Below, piece after piece: positions 23,035 through 36,710 of a stretch of 64,000 nt of DNA. The notes beneath the pieces are model-generated. The model did not search any database, had not been told where the DNA came from, and saw nothing but the letters and a program-made list of their open reading frames with translations. The stretch comes from Podarcis tiliguerta (lineage: Eukaryota). The stretch lies in NCBI GenBank assembly GCA_965153285.1, contig OZ229129.1; one strand, written 5' to 3'. A program made the position numbers and the translations under genes. How positions within the stretch are numbered: the first letter of the stretch is position 1; every line of letters starts with the position of its first letter.

Positions 23035-26000
23035 TAAATCATGTGTAATGTTTTGTTCCATAACCTGGCTTGCTTGTCAGAGGGAAAACTGCCTCCACTC
23101 TTGTAACTGTTGTTCCCTGATGTTTGTTGGGACCTGTGATTTGGGCCAAAGTTGGGGCCAGGCCTTCCTAGGCAAGACCACAAACAAGTGACCTTTCACC
23201 TCTTGAGCACATGGCTCACTGCCTGCAAAGCAGGATGGAAGTAAGAGCTGCCCATATAAAACATGATCCTGAGGCTTAGTACAGCTGTGATCCAGGTTGC
23301 TGCAGGGCTAGGAGCAGCTGCCTTTGGCATTCAGGGGGAGCCTGAAAGCTCCATCTCCAAACAGTGAAGCAATTACTCTTGTGTTTCTTATCTCCCTGGT
23401 CTCAAAACCCATAAGTCCTGGAAGCTCACAGATCCTTATCAAGTCCCCCCCACCACCCCTTTTTCAATGCACACATTTACTTCAGCCATTTAAGTTTGCC
23501 ATGGAAGAGAAATTTCTGAAGGAGGGAGAAATCTGAGCAGTGCCTTTTCTAGGTCAGCCTGCCTTTTATTTATTCATGCATATTTTCTGCTTCATCCAAA
23601 GGGTTTGAAGCTTTTCAATAAAGTGCATAAATAATACTCCTCCAGTATTATTAGTCTTGCTTTTATTTATTTATTTATTATTATTATTATTAATTTGCTT
23701 TTGGGTCACAGAATGAAATCTTTTAAAAATTTCATCCTGTCCCACCTGTCAAGAGCCCCATGAATTGAGAGGAGAGGCAGGCTCCTCCTCCTCTTCATCT
23801 TCCTCCTCCTTCTCTGCCTCATGAAGAGAGTCATCGAGGAGGGCAGAGAAGTGTTCAAAATTCACCAGGTTCCAGGTGACCAAGTGAAGATGCCCAGGCG
23901 CCAGGATGGCTTACATCTCCACCATCTGGAGGTGCATGCCTGGGGATCCTTCGATCTTGCCTGTTTTCACACATTAACAACTAATCCTGTAGAATGCTAT
24001 CAGTGATATTTTATCTGCACAATCAGAATGAATTTCAGGAACAAAAAGCCGTATTGAAAAATAGAAGTTTCAAGCCGTCTGGCCCCAACATGGCAACTAG
24101 ACATTCTGTTTTGTTGTCTATAACCCTGGTTTAAGGAGTTGTTTGGCGCCTAGTTTATATATCTGAGTTTCTAACACTGCTGCAGAGGCCAGATCTCCAG
24201 GGATTTCAGGGACAGTTTGCTCCAGTGAATGTCTAAATGGACTTTTTCAGGGTAAGGGATTGGAGCTACAACCTGCAGAATGGTAGCTTTGCAGTGGCTG
24301 TGTTTAGCACTCTGCATGTACTCACAGGCATAGTCTACTTGCTCTGGGCACAGAGAGGGGGTCCCCTCTTTATGCTTTCTTAAGAAAAAAGCTGGATTAC
24401 TTCTTGCTTGGTGCCCGTGAAAAGGACTGAAAAAGAACACACAAACCCTTTTGTGTTGGCGGGGATAGGAGAGAGTGGTGTGGTTTATGGGACTCACAGT
24501 AGCCAGTGAAATCACACAAGGCTCTTTGGGCCTGGTTTTGTGCTCTCAAAACCTGATCCACCAAAATAACACGAAACTCTTCCAGGGATCATAGCGGGGA
24601 ATCTGCTTTGTGAGCTTTGCAAAGATTCAGCCACTGTTTTGCTTCATGGTCTGCCTGGTTGCCACCCAGGTTCATGACATGCTTTAACTGTAGCCCTGCA
24701 CCTGGTTACGAGAGAAAAAAAGAAAAAAGCAAGGGGGGGGGGAAGCTGGGGATTGGAAGATATTTCAGCCCCTCTCCTAAATCTTGCACCTTGTTGTAGA
24801 ATTAGCATGTGGGACAAATGGAGCATTTCTTTCCTTTTGGGTGTGTAAATTGCTCTTTTGCTGAATATAAGTACATGGCATACAGCTTAGTGTCTGAAGT
24901 AATAATAAAGCAAAGGAGCCTCTTTGCAGAGCAGCAATGCCCTTGCTTGCTTTTGCATTTTTTATCCTCCTGCCCACCTGTTCACCAGCAGTGCCCCCAA
25001 TATGATGCCTTCCCAAATATCCCTAGGCGGACAGAGGAGTCTTCTGCCTGGCAGCTGCTTCTACCCCTTGTTATCAGTGAATTCCTCTGCCTACCTGCCA
25101 TGTTTGCATGTCTACAAGGGGTGCAGCGTTTCTCCCCGTATTTTCCTTCCCAGCAAGCTTGTGGGGTAGGCCAGCCTGAGAGGCAATGACTGGCCTTGCC
25201 TTGAGCTCCATAGTTGAATGGGATCCTACCCCACCCCCACTTGGCCATAGTCCTCCACTTACAGCATACTTGATCTTCTGAAGCGTTGCCTTTTCCAGAA
25301 TCTTCATATCTGGAAGCACTTTGATGCCCAGTTTTAATGCATCTCTGCAAGAGAGCAGAGTTAAGGTTGCAACCCTAAATTTGAATTTCCTGATGCTTGC
25401 AGAAACGTTTTCTGTTTTTAATGCACCATAGATTACTAGGCTTGTTTCAGTTCTCATTATGGACTTAAATTCTGTTAATCGTTGGAGGGGTTCTTTTGTT
25501 CTCAGCAGTTTTCCTCTTGTTGTTTTTTTGAAGACTGTAAAATCATTAGTGTGAAGGAAGATTAAAAAGATGCATAACAATTAAAATGTTAATGCTGCCT
25601 GCATTTCTGACTTCTGAAGCTGCTCAAGCATCTTGGACCATCTTCTCTTCCTCCCCTTCTCATCTTAACTGCACAATTTTTATTCTGCACTGACCCCCTG
25701 CTAAGCCAGTTATCCTGAAATGGGAACACAGACACACACATTTGGGGAGTGGGGGACTGCCAGGCAACAAGCCTTGGGTCCTGTTGGTCCTCAAGGGACA
25801 CCTGCCTACCACCTCCCACTCAGTCCTGCTCTTACAGGTGGCAGTATTGGCTCTCAGGACGCATTGGTGGTGCCACAGGCTGGCTGCCCACCAGCTGTGG
25901 CAGGGCCTGCTCCCTTCCTCTCTGCCTTACACTTTGTCCCAATCTCATTAGCAGCTCTCCCTTCTGCAGGGCCAGTAGGAAGGCACACCAAGTGCCTCTG

Positions 26001-26538
26001 TCTAAGCACTCAGGTCCAACAACTCCCAGAGTTAGCAATTGGGATCTGCAAGGGGGAGGTGTAAGCTGCCAGCAGGGAAGGAGATTCCCCCCTCCCTCCA
26101 ATGCTGGTTTGTCTTTGGAAGTTGCATTTTTGCCTGAAATGTACGGTCTTCCAGATCTGATTGACATCTTGGACTCTTGGGATTGTCTTTGAATAACTTG
26201 CTTGGATGTTTGTGTTCCTTTATTTTTATTTTTATGTACAGTATTTAAATTGTTATCCCACTTAACCCCAAAATTGTGTCTCCAGCTGCCAGCCACGTGC
26301 AGGGAGACGTTCCCAAAACTGTTTTATGGATGTAGAATGACAACATCTGAAACAGCAATCCAAGAATGCCAGTGAATTTGGCCGCAGCCTTTGCTGCTCC
26401 TGATTTTATAAATTCCCTCTTTCTCAAATAGTGAAGGAAACAAACTGATCCATCTGTTCTTTGCATTGGTGAAGATCTCATGACAACTGTGCAGCCATTT
26501 AGTGGTTATTGCTCAAACCTCTCTTGAAGCAGATATTA

Positions 26539-26784
26539 CAGTCATACCTTGGGTTGAAGTAGCTTCGGGTTAAGCATTTTCGGGTTGTGCTCCACAGCAA
26601 CCTGGAAGTAATGGAGCACGTTACTTCCAGGTTTCGCTTCTCACGCATGCGCAGGCACTCAAAATGACGTCACACGCATGTGCAGAAGCGGCAAATCACG
26701 ACACGCGCAGATGCGGGTTGCGTTCACTTCAGGATGCGAACAGGGCTCCGGAACAGATCCCGTTCACATCCAGAGGTACCACTG
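26539..26784. mobile_element. Tc1/mariner-pogo-type MITE (related CAGT..ACC TIR family)
   Basis: TA|cagtcatacctt...gaggtaccactg|TA with a CpG-rich interior. Confidence 0.7.
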
Positions 26785-26786
26785 TA

Positions 26787-26850
26787 AAAGGTAAAGGGAC
26801 CCCTGACCATTAGGTCCAGGCGCTCATCTCGCTTTATTGGCCGAGGGAGC
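26787..26850 (-). mobile_element. Short Sauria SINE 3' fragment
   Basis: aaaggtaaagggacccctgaccattaggtccag...ggccgagggagc matches 1964-2056 with an internal deletion. TSD ccactgta at 26779-26786 and 26851-26858. Confidence 0.8.
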
Positions 26851-28735
26851 CCACTGTACTATCTCACAAAGTCCCATACATAATTTGGGGAAGGGGCCAC
26901 CAGACACAGGGGGCTCAAAAATCTCTGATGGAATCAGCCAGCCTCTTTTGTCCGAGATGCCAGCAGATCTCACATCATAAGAAACTGGTGGTCCTTATGA
27001 TGCGACAAGACTTTTTGCTGTTTTCTGCAACAGAATGGCACAATGACCCTTCAGGAAATTGTCTTTTCTGAGTTTGGCATTCCATGTGAGCTGGAATAAT
27101 GTTTTAATGAAACATTAAAAATATACAACAAAAATGGAACAATTTTCATATAAATCATAAGATGTATAACAAGGATACAAAAAACCCAACAGCAGCACAC
27201 ACACCCTGCAACAAACTCCCCGAAAACAACACCACAGCCTCAGCTTTAGCAGCTGGAGTTAGTTGGGACCCCACCCTCCCAGGCCAGGTGGAAAAGCATT
27301 CTGAAGAGATGTGCAGGATAGCAAAAGCTTTTAGGAAACAGTTGAAAAGTTGCATATATAAAAACAGTCTAAACTTTTGTTGCTTGTGTGTGTATATACA
27401 TATATATGCCCTCAGTTTAAAACAGTGGCACATGCATCCAGTCAGCATAACAGCTTCCCCAGTGCAGGAGGCCCAAGGCCGAAGCTGACGCTTCTTTTGC
27501 TTCAAGCTTTGTTTTCCCAGAAATGCCAAGGCTGGCTGAGGGCCATTTCAGACAAAACAGGGGCAGTGGAGTATGTGTGTCAGAGGTAGGGGGCTCAAGG
27601 GGCCTCCTAGGAGTGGTGTCCAAAATAGGACTCTGTTTTGTGAGAGATGGAAAACTGTCATAAATGGCAGATTTGTCTCCCCATGACTTCCCCTGATATT
27701 TCTGAGCTTGAATGAAAGCCTGGGCTATCACCAACACCTTCTTCCTCCCACAATACTTGTTTTTATTAATGCATTAATTAGTGCTCCCCCTTCTCCCTCC
27801 CCCCCCCCCCGTGCCCATAGAATGGAATCTGCTAAACAAATGGCTCTGAAGATATCCTCTTCCTTATAAGATGTTTGTGTGGCATCATGAATTAGAGGAG
27901 CAAGAGGTTTTAATTCAAACACAGTCGCAAGAAGGGATATTTTTCTCCGCTCAGTTTTCTCCTTACATAAATGTTTTCTTTTATAGTGCAAATTACTATG
28001 GAGAATGTTTTGACTAAACTTTCCAGGCTTTTCCTGGCACTCTGGAGAAATGACAACTGATTGTTCAGGCTTTGTCAGGGTTCTTGACAAGCCTTTTGCT
28101 TCTCCCTCCTGCTCCCAGGGCTCTGACCCCCCTGCCCTGCTCCCTCCAGGTATAATTCTCTACTTGGGGTGTGGGGCTTCCTGAAGGGGCTGCAATCTGC
28201 CTCCCCCTCAGTGGCCCAATTCATTCTTGCCCCTTTCCAGATACCTCGCATTGCAAGGGGTTGAAATAGATGGCCTTTCTGATCCCTTCCAACTCTCGGT
28301 CTGTGACTCCATGGGGGAGGCAGCTCTGCAGAATTGGCAGAGTTAGTTTACTGCCCTTGCAATAAATGCATCTTTGATCCCCAAACTAGGGAAGAGTTAA
28401 TCCTTTTCACATCTACAGTGATACAATTTAAATATTTTTTTCTTCCTCTCTCAGCATGAGAGTAACAGCCAAGAATCTCAATTGGTTATGTAAATTCAAA
28501 GCAGAGGCATGATTATTCCAACTTAGTTTAATTTGTGAGTGAATATAATAAAAGGTGTTCTGAAAATGAATTATAATGACGCTTGGTTCAGGCTATTCTT
28601 GCATAAAATAAGTGTCCGACTTCTGCCTAGCTGCAGGATGGATGTGTGGGCTACCCCCCCCCCATTTGCTCTGCTGTCTCCCCTTCAAAATAAATAAATC
28701 AAATTGTGAATTTAATAAATCAAATTGTGAATTGG

Positions 28736-28880
28736 CATGCAAAAGTCCTAGGTTCAACTCCCAATATCTCTAGGTGGGAATGTTCTCTGCTTGAAAACCT
28801 GGAAAGTTGTTCCTGCCAGTCAGTGTTGACAGTACTGAGCTAGATGGACCAATAAATCTGACTTGGAAGAAGGCAACTTT
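28736..28880 (+). mobile_element. Squam3-like SINE
   Basis: ggttcaactccc (B-box-like)...aaacctggaaagttgttcctgccagtcagtgttgacagtactgagctagatggaccaat. Confidence 0.55.
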
Positions 28881-30886
28881 CAGTGCTCCTAAATGAAGAA
28901 GAGCCTTGCAGCTGGACCAAACCAAAGACCATCTAGCCCAATGTCTGACATCTTGCTGTGGAACAGATTGTTCTAAAGGGCATGAGGCTCTGGGTCCTGC
29001 CACTGCTGGTGCTAAGTACCAGGGTCCTCCCTTTACCTCCTCCTCCTCATCTTCATCTTGGTGCTTTGGTCACAGTTTCCACCTCTGTTTGCTTTGGGGT
29101 CAGGGGGTTCCACTGGGATGGATGCTGCAGAGAGTCACCTCAGCTTGTAGTGTGGACATGCCACCTGAAGATGGGGGCAGGCTGTTGCTACTCCCCCCCC
29201 CCGCTGCACCCGTTATTCTTTGGAGCAAATAAATCTACACAAATCCTAATTGCTATTAAAAAAAACCCCAGTTGTACCCCAGGCTATTCAATATATAGCA
29301 GAGCTTAAAAGCACTTACTGCCTTTCCTCTTCTTGCCGGAAAAAGATGAAACAAACCCATTTGTAGAAAAGCCTCAAATGCAGAAACCAACTATTCTAAT
29401 TTCCAGCCCATTCCCTTTATTCTTCCCCCTTTCTAAAATGTAAAAGCAGGGGGGCACAATGCACAGAAGAAATGATTTCCATAAGCAGACCATTTCGGCA
29501 GCTAATTTTACCACCACTTACATCTGACTTTATGACTAAGATCTCATGCTAACTATATTAATCCTATCAGGTTTTTGGAGCAAGAAAAAATGAGACTGTA
29601 TATTTTATGGATGCAGTAACTTCTGAGCCATTAGACATCTATGCTGACATGAAAGTAATCAGATATTACAGGCCACCAGTTTCCCCCATGAAAACCCTGG
29701 GTGTTTGAATGTAGGTGGGGGATGTGCAGGTGCAGGTGGGGGATGTGCAGATGACCCCTTGAATATTACTGGTTATAGGTGAGCAGTCTTTCATTTTTCC
29801 TTAGTTGTGAAAGAGGCAGGTATGTCCCACCTTAGTTGCATGATAGCAGAGGCCCTTGGGTCCATTGTAGTGGGAGGGGTGGATTGGTGCTGCTTAGTTT
29901 TAATTTAATATTATCTTGTTTTTTGGTGTAGCAGCCATTTATGTAATGCAGCTGATAGCAAAATGTTTTGTTAAGGGTTTTTCAGTTATGTCTGATTCTG
30001 GAGAGAATATAATGGTTCTCAGAAACCCAATTAAGAAGCTAGAACATTAATGGGGGCCATAAATCATCAAGTTAGAGGCTTGGGAGGAGCCAGCAAGAGT
30101 GGTTCAACTTGCCCTTTTGGCCAGTTTGCTGTTCTGTTGTTCAGTCATTATGAGGGACATGCAGGGAGGTTTGGGGATGCATAGGGGCAGGGAACGCAAC
30201 TGCTGCCCAAGGATGCCGCTTGGTGCAAGGGACTCTGGTTCTTAGGCATCTCCTGGCCCTCTTTGGATGGTGTTCTCTGTGGGGAATCACCCATGCCAAG
30301 AGGGGCACGATGCTGAGCAATGCCATTCTTGCTATTTAACTAATGTGGCGAGTGAGCTTGAAAGCTGTTTCAACAACTGTTTGTTTCTTAAGAAGAACTT
30401 TGTGGTTAAAAATAAAATAAAAAGAGGAGGAGGAGGAGAAAACAGCAAGGGAGAGCACAGTCTTATTTGAGCTTGACTGCAAAATTTCCTGTATTTCCCA
30501 ATTTTGAAGGTTGTAACTTCAGCGGTGCAGAACGTGCATTTTTCAGAGCTCTCTCACTGAAGAGACCTGGCTGAAATTCTCTCTTGCTGTGATTCTCATT
30601 CTTTCAGCTGGGAAGGGCTCTGTGGGGTCAGTGCATTTACTCCATTGCTGCAACCCTGGATCTGTGTAAAGCATTGTTTTGCTACTTTCCCTAATGACCT
30701 AGATGCCTCCTCCCCATTGCCCAGCAATCCATCCTAACCTGGTAGCTGCAAATGGAAAGGCAGGACCTGAGCTCTACAGTAGCGACTCTCCATACTTGCA
30801 ATTTCCAGCAACTGGACCATCATGGCAGGATGCCTCTGAATACCAGTTGCTGGGGGCAGGGTAGTGGTTACTGGTATACTGATCCT

Positions 30887-31123
30887 CAGGCATGTCCAAA
30901 GTCCGTTTAGGGGGCCTAATCCGGCCTGCCGGTTGGTTTAATCTGGCCCCTGTGGCAGTTTATTTCCTGGGGTAAAATCCTAAAAAAAAACCTTAACAAC
31001 CTCAATCCTAAAAACAAAGCTCAACAACTTCAGTCCTAAGAAATGTCAACAACTTTGGTCAGCCCCCACAGCCCTTCACTTCATCAAATCTGGCTCTCTT
31101 TGAAAAAACTTTGGACACCACTG
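30887..31123. mobile_element. hAT-like MITE
   Basis: Imperfect TIRs caggcatgtccaaagt / actttggacaccactg; no clean 8-bp TSD seen. Confidence 0.55.
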
Positions 31124-33950
31124 CTCCAAGAGCTTGCCTAATCCTCTTTGTCCAGGAAACTGAGCTAAAGAAGGGGATGTTTGCTGATGAATGTCCCTGG
31201 GTCCTTTTGCCCTTGCTTTGACACTTGCGCAAGTGGGGAGCGTTTTACTTGTTCCTGGAGTGCTGCAAAGGACTAATGGGCCCACTCAGTTTTGTTCTGC
31301 CCTCTTCTCTGGGTCTTCATCCCCAGCTGCTCCACACAAAGGAGTCCCCCCCCCCCCATAGACGCTGGTGGGGGGCAGTGGTTGAGTAAGGGGAGAATGG
31401 CTGGGAAACCTCCCTGTCCCTCAGCAGATGGACAAAACAGCAGCAGAATCATTCCCTGAGTCAGTCACTTTCCAGGTTCAGGTCACCTGGTAGTTTATGC
31501 AGCCCCTCCTCTTCTGCCTCAGAAGGAAGGCAAAGTATAGGAAAAGGACTTGGCTTCATAGGCTGAGCATTTGAATATTTTCACAGGCAAGCAGAGAAAA
31601 GCATATTGATCCAGGGAAGCTTCCCAAAATTCTGGGCTTATTTGCAAACCTTGGAAGCGCTTCCAGCTTCTGCATAATTATTTTCTTTCTTTCTTTTTAA
31701 AAAAAGAAGCATACATGAAATACAGTATAACGTCAGGACGATAGTTGATCGTAAGTCGTAGTTGGAGGTTTGCTGCAAAATGAATGAGTGCCCAGATCCA
31801 AGGATGGTGGTATTTTGCACCAGGGAGGCCAGGAAAATATCTGCACTGTAGACACCTTTGTGTGTAACAAGCTTTTAGAAGGTTTTTGCCCAATGTCTGC
31901 TTGTGGACCTGGAGTGAAGCCACAAGTTAGTTTGCTTGCTGGGCTGCAGCTCCATTGCTTTGCTTACAGTTTACAGAAGAGCCAAGGCTGCCTCAGTTTC
32001 CTCTCCATTCTTCCAGTCCACCTATGGGACCTCCTATAAGGCAAGGTGGGCAGGGTCACACAGAGGGCTGCTCCCCAAGGCTGCTTGTTCAGGAAAACCT
32101 CTGAATTTGTTGACATACTTGAGGAGTGAATCAGCTCCTAATGAGTGCTTTGTGTGGGGTGATCATCTAATGGGGGGGAGTGGGGTCTTGCACTTCCTCC
32201 TCCAGCAAGATTTCAAAGGATTCAGGAAGGCAGCGTGGATGTGGAATCCTTGGGCTGTGTGGACACAAGAAGATTGTCAGTTGAGGTGTCTGGTGTGCAG
32301 CAGGAGCAGCAACACCTCATGGTTGTGGGAAGAGCTTCCCCTACTTTTTAGAAAGGCCTTTCGGTGTCTGGGTTGATAACTGCCAATCAAGCTTCCATAG
32401 TTATGGAAGGTATACCCCTAACCACCCGCTTCTGGGGAAGGGCAGCAGGTACAGTCCTCGGTGCCATAGCCCCAGGTCTTGAGTTTGGGCTGTCCCTTTC
32501 CCACCTTGCCTTGTCCAAACCTCCTCTAGAACTCCCTCATTGGGGAACTTCAGGTTTTGCTCTGATATGATGTTGGATGGCCACCTGTCAGGGATGCTTA
32601 CGTTATGATGCTTTCGCTGCTGGGGGTTGAACCAGGTGAGCCTTGGGGGCTCTTCCAGCTCTATGATTCTATGAAGAAATGTGGCACTGGGGTGGAGGTG
32701 CAAGGGTGGAAGCAGCTTAAGGTGTAAAGCACTCTGTGTTCTGCACACGCAAGGCTGGGGACTTGCCCTTGTCTGTATGCCATGGTGTGGGGCAGAGTTG
32801 GCCCTCACCAGCTGTGAGTTCTGAGTGCCCCTTCCATTGGAAAGAAAATGGAACATGGGCATCACAGCTTCTTCTGTGGGTGGTGGAGGGTGGTCCAGTA
32901 TTTGTGTGTTGCCCCCCTCCTTCTCTCTCCCCATCCCCTGCTGCATTCTCTTGCTTTCTTCCACCTGCTTTCTTCCCTGGTTCAGCCTCTTCCTAGTTGC
33001 TCCTTCCAGCCTTTGGCTTAGAGGCTCTCCCAGCCTGGGTGGCTGCTGCCTTGTCTCGCCTGCCGTCCTTCCTTGTAATTCTGTCATGAATCAGAGCAAC
33101 TTTTAACAAAACAAGATCCTCTCACTGTTGCAAAAGAGCTTTGGGGAAATCTGGCTTTTGTGGTTCAGGGTCTTACTCCGATGCACCAGGAAGGCAGGCA
33201 ACGTTTAGCTTTTATTTGGCCCAGAGGATTCTTACAACATTATCCACATTTCCTTTAATTTGTGGGATTTCTAGTAAATGGGTTTAAAATTAGGTCCGGG
33301 CACAAAGCCAAAGAACATCTGAATGGTGCAAAACTGCAAGGCAACAAATGGCGAATTCTGAACAGTTTGCTTTCATTTCTCTCTGGGTGCTGGCAGGATT
33401 AACGGAAGAAAGTGTGTAGGGGTGGGGGGTTATATTTTTCTCTAAGCCAGCTGGGGAGAGGCATTGCCCAGTCATCCTACCCCACCTGTACCTTCTTTGG
33501 ATGTATGAATGGGCTTAATTAATGCACATCAGTTAAAGGAGCACATTAAAAGGCATTAATCAGGACTGGTCCCCTACACCTCTGCCTGGCCACTGGGCTC
33601 CTTAGGTTGTGGCCCTGCTGAGGGTGCCACGCCTGAGGAGTATGTTTAGTTTGCACTGGAAACTGGGCTTTTAGTGCTGTCTCCAGCCTTCTGGAATTAA
33701 ACAAGTGCCTTGATATTTAGTCACTTTTCTTAAGGAAGCATTCCTTGAAATGGGACCCAGTCATTTGATGGAATAGTAATGGTATAATTGTGTAAGTCAA
33801 TCTATTGCCTTTATTTTGCTGAGTTTGTCATCTTCACACATCTTCATTAACATTTTTGTTGTGAAGATGTTTATGAATCTGCAATCACTCGATTCCCCCA
33901 AGGGAAATAAGAGGGAAAAGAGGAAGATGGAGTTCACTTGCTGGGGGTGG

Positions 33951-34487
33951 TTGTTGTTGTTTAGTCATTTAGTCGTGTCCAACTCTTCGTGACCCCATGG
34001 ACCAGAGCACGCTAGGCACTCCTGTCTTCCACTGCCTCCCGCAGTTTGGTCAGACTCATGTTTGTAGCTTCCAGAACACTGTCTAACCATCTCATCCTCT
34101 GTTGTCCCCTTCTTCTTGTGCCCTCAGTCTTTCCCAACATCCGGGTCTTTTCCAGGGAGTCTTTTCTTCTTCTGAGGTGGCCAAAGTATTGGAGTCTCAG
34201 CTTCAGGATCTGTCCTTCCAGTGAGCACTCAGGGCTGATTTCCTTAAGAATGGATAGGTTTGATCTTCTTGCAGTCCATGGGACTCTCAAGAGTCTCCTC
34301 CAGCACCATAATTCAAAAGCATCAATTCTTCGGCGATCAGCCTTCTTTATGGTCCAGCCCTCACTTCCATACATCACTACTGGGAAAACCATGGCTTTTA
34401 CTATACGGACCTTTGTTGGCAAGGTGATGTCTCTGCTTTTTAAGATGTTGTCTAGGTTTGCCATCACCTTTCTCCCAAGGAGCAGGC
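33951..34487 (-). mobile_element. BovB LINE, 5'-truncated
   Basis: LLLGRKVMANLDNILKSRDITLPTKVRIVKAMVFPVVMYG...LRLQYFGHL; (caa)n tail; degenerate TSD ttcacttgctgggggtgg / ttccactgctggggatgg. Confidence 0.92.
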
Positions 34488-36108
34488 TTCCACTGCTGGG
34501 GATGGTAGATGCCCTAAAGAAGAAGTGGCTGCCATGTGGGGGCCGGTGATGGACAGAGGTGGTGGTCTCCTGCAAAATGTCCTCCTTTTCAAACCAGAAC
34601 TCTGTGAGCAGGCGAAAATGTGAGCAGCTGCTGTTCCACGCTCCACTGGGAGGTCTCCTCCAGCCAGCCCCACAATACTTAACCATCCTTATATGTGAAA
34701 GGGAACTAATTACTCCCAGGGAGAGTCTTAACCAGCTTAACCAGAAGGCTAATGATTTTGGGGGCAGGGGGATAGATATTGCAATGAGCGTCCAGGTCTT
34801 AAGGAGATTTCTGAAAGAGGTTGCAGGAGGAGGAGGTGGCTGAGTCAGGCCTTTGGTCACTCCCATCAGGCCTGGTTGGCATGGCCAGAGGCTAAGGGTA
34901 ATGGTGAGAGTTGGGAGTTCCCATGCTGTAGTGGCAGCTCTCTAAGACTTGAGGTAGAAAAAAGGACCTTCCCCAGCCCCACCTGGAGGTGGTGTTTGGG
35001 GCTGAACCTGGGAACTTCTGCCCCCTCCCTTCTCTCATCCAGCCTGCTGAGTCCTTCTTAACCATCAGCTGCGTCTTCCTTTGCCTCCCCAGGGGTGGCT
35101 GTCATCTGTGACTTGTTCTCTCCCTTGGCCTTTAGCAAAGAGTGGGGAAGTAGCAGCAATGCTTAGAACCCCCTGGAAAAAAAACACAGGCAGAGAGAAA
35201 GTCAAACTATCTCAATTTTAAAAGTAAAATAACAAATGGGAAGGCCAGGGGAGGTGGGTGGGTGCTGTGGGGCTGCCCACAGGTACCACATTGAGTGTGT
35301 GGGTGGGGACCCAGCTTTAAATAACACACATTTGGTTTTCCTGCTGCCTTCTGTGTAGTTTATTATTTTAATGTGATTTTATCTGAAATGTTGTGCTTGC
35401 TATCTGCCTTCTGGACCCAAATTGCACAGGGAGGTGGGATCCCAAGGACAGCATAGAATTGTAGGGTTGGAAAGGACCCAAAGGGTCATCTACTCCAACT
35501 CATCTAGTCCAACCCATAGAACAGAGCAACCTCTGGGGAGAGGCCCTTCTCCCTTCCTGCCACCTGTCCTGAACCTCAGTTCCTCTCCTGGGTGTAGGGT
35601 GGGTTCCAACCTTATTGTTGTTTCCCAGACAGTTTTTGCAATACCAGACCTGAATGGCAATACAGCAACTGTAAATCTCTAAGAGAGAAAAGATTACATC
35701 TGATTTTAAGCACAATTAGAAATGCAAGTGGAACACTTTGTATTTCACCTCATCGTCTACTATTTATGGCACGATATGCAAATAAACCAAGCTATGAATA
35801 TTAAACTTGTAAACTCTTTCTCTGCCTCTTTGAAGGGTGCAGCTGGGAGGGGGGCCCTTAACCACTGCCTCTGATGGCTCAAGGGGCCCCTGTCCACCCC
35901 AGAGCTTCCCTTGTGGCAAGAGGAAGGGAGGGCTGGAAACTACCTAGATGAAATGGGTTCAATCCTTGGGAGATCACAGAATAACAGGATTGTAGGACTG
36001 GAAGGGACTCAAGGGTCATCTAGTCCAACCCCTTGCAATGCAGGAATCTCAGCTAAAACATCCCTGACAGATAGCCATTATGAGTCAGTTGATGAATCAG
36101 AGGCAAGA

Positions 36109-36490
36109 GTAAAGGTAATGGACCCCTGGACAGTTAAGTCCAGTCAAAGGCGACTATGGGGTTGCGGTGTTCATATGCTTTCAGGCTGAGGGAGCCGGCG
36201 TTTGTCCACAGCCAGCTTTCTGGGTCATGTGGCCAGCATGACTAAACTGCTTCTGATGCAACGGAACACCGGGACGTAAACCAGAGCACATGGAAATGTC
36301 GTTTACCTTCCCACCGTAGCAGTACCTATTTATCTACTTGCACTGGTGTGCTTTTGAACTGCTAGGTTGGCAGGAGCTGGCACAGAGCAACGAGAGCTCA
36401 CCCCGTTGCGGGGATTCAAACTGCCAACCTTCTGATCGGCAAGCCCAAGAGGCTCAGTGGTTTAGACCACAGCGCCACCCGCGCTGCCCT
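36109..36490 (-). mobile_element. Sauria SINE, near full length (diverged)
   Basis: taaaggtaa tail; gggtcatgtggccagcatgactaa body; head accacagcgccaccc with ggattcaaact (reverse complement of a B-box). Confidence 0.85.
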
Positions 36491-36537
36491 TCCAGGAGGC
36501 TTTGTAGGACTGGAGATGGTGGAGAACCCTTTGAATA

Positions 36538-36710
36538 GGGGCTGGACTATATTTTTTGGGGGGGAGAAATGAACGAATTCCTATGCCCCACAAATAAAAA
36601 GTCACATTCTTCTCATGTAGAAACATGCTGATTCCCGGACCATCTGTGGGTCGGATTTAGAAGGCAATTGGGCTGGATCCAGTCCCCGGGCCTTAGTTTA
36701 CCTACCCATG
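36538..36710. mobile_element. Partial hAT MITE, same family as 44948-45201, opposite orientation
   Basis: attcctatgccccacaaata...ttagtttacctacccatg is the reverse complement of parts of the 44948 copy. Confidence 0.65.

Noticed and set aside
32401-33087. 228-aa minus-strand ORF
   Set aside because: No domain or splice support; it crosses a CR1 tail fragment.
34012-34866. 284-aa minus ORF as a chimeric gene
   Set aside because: The C-terminal half is BovB and the N-terminal half is flanking intron or decayed repeat; no expression signals.
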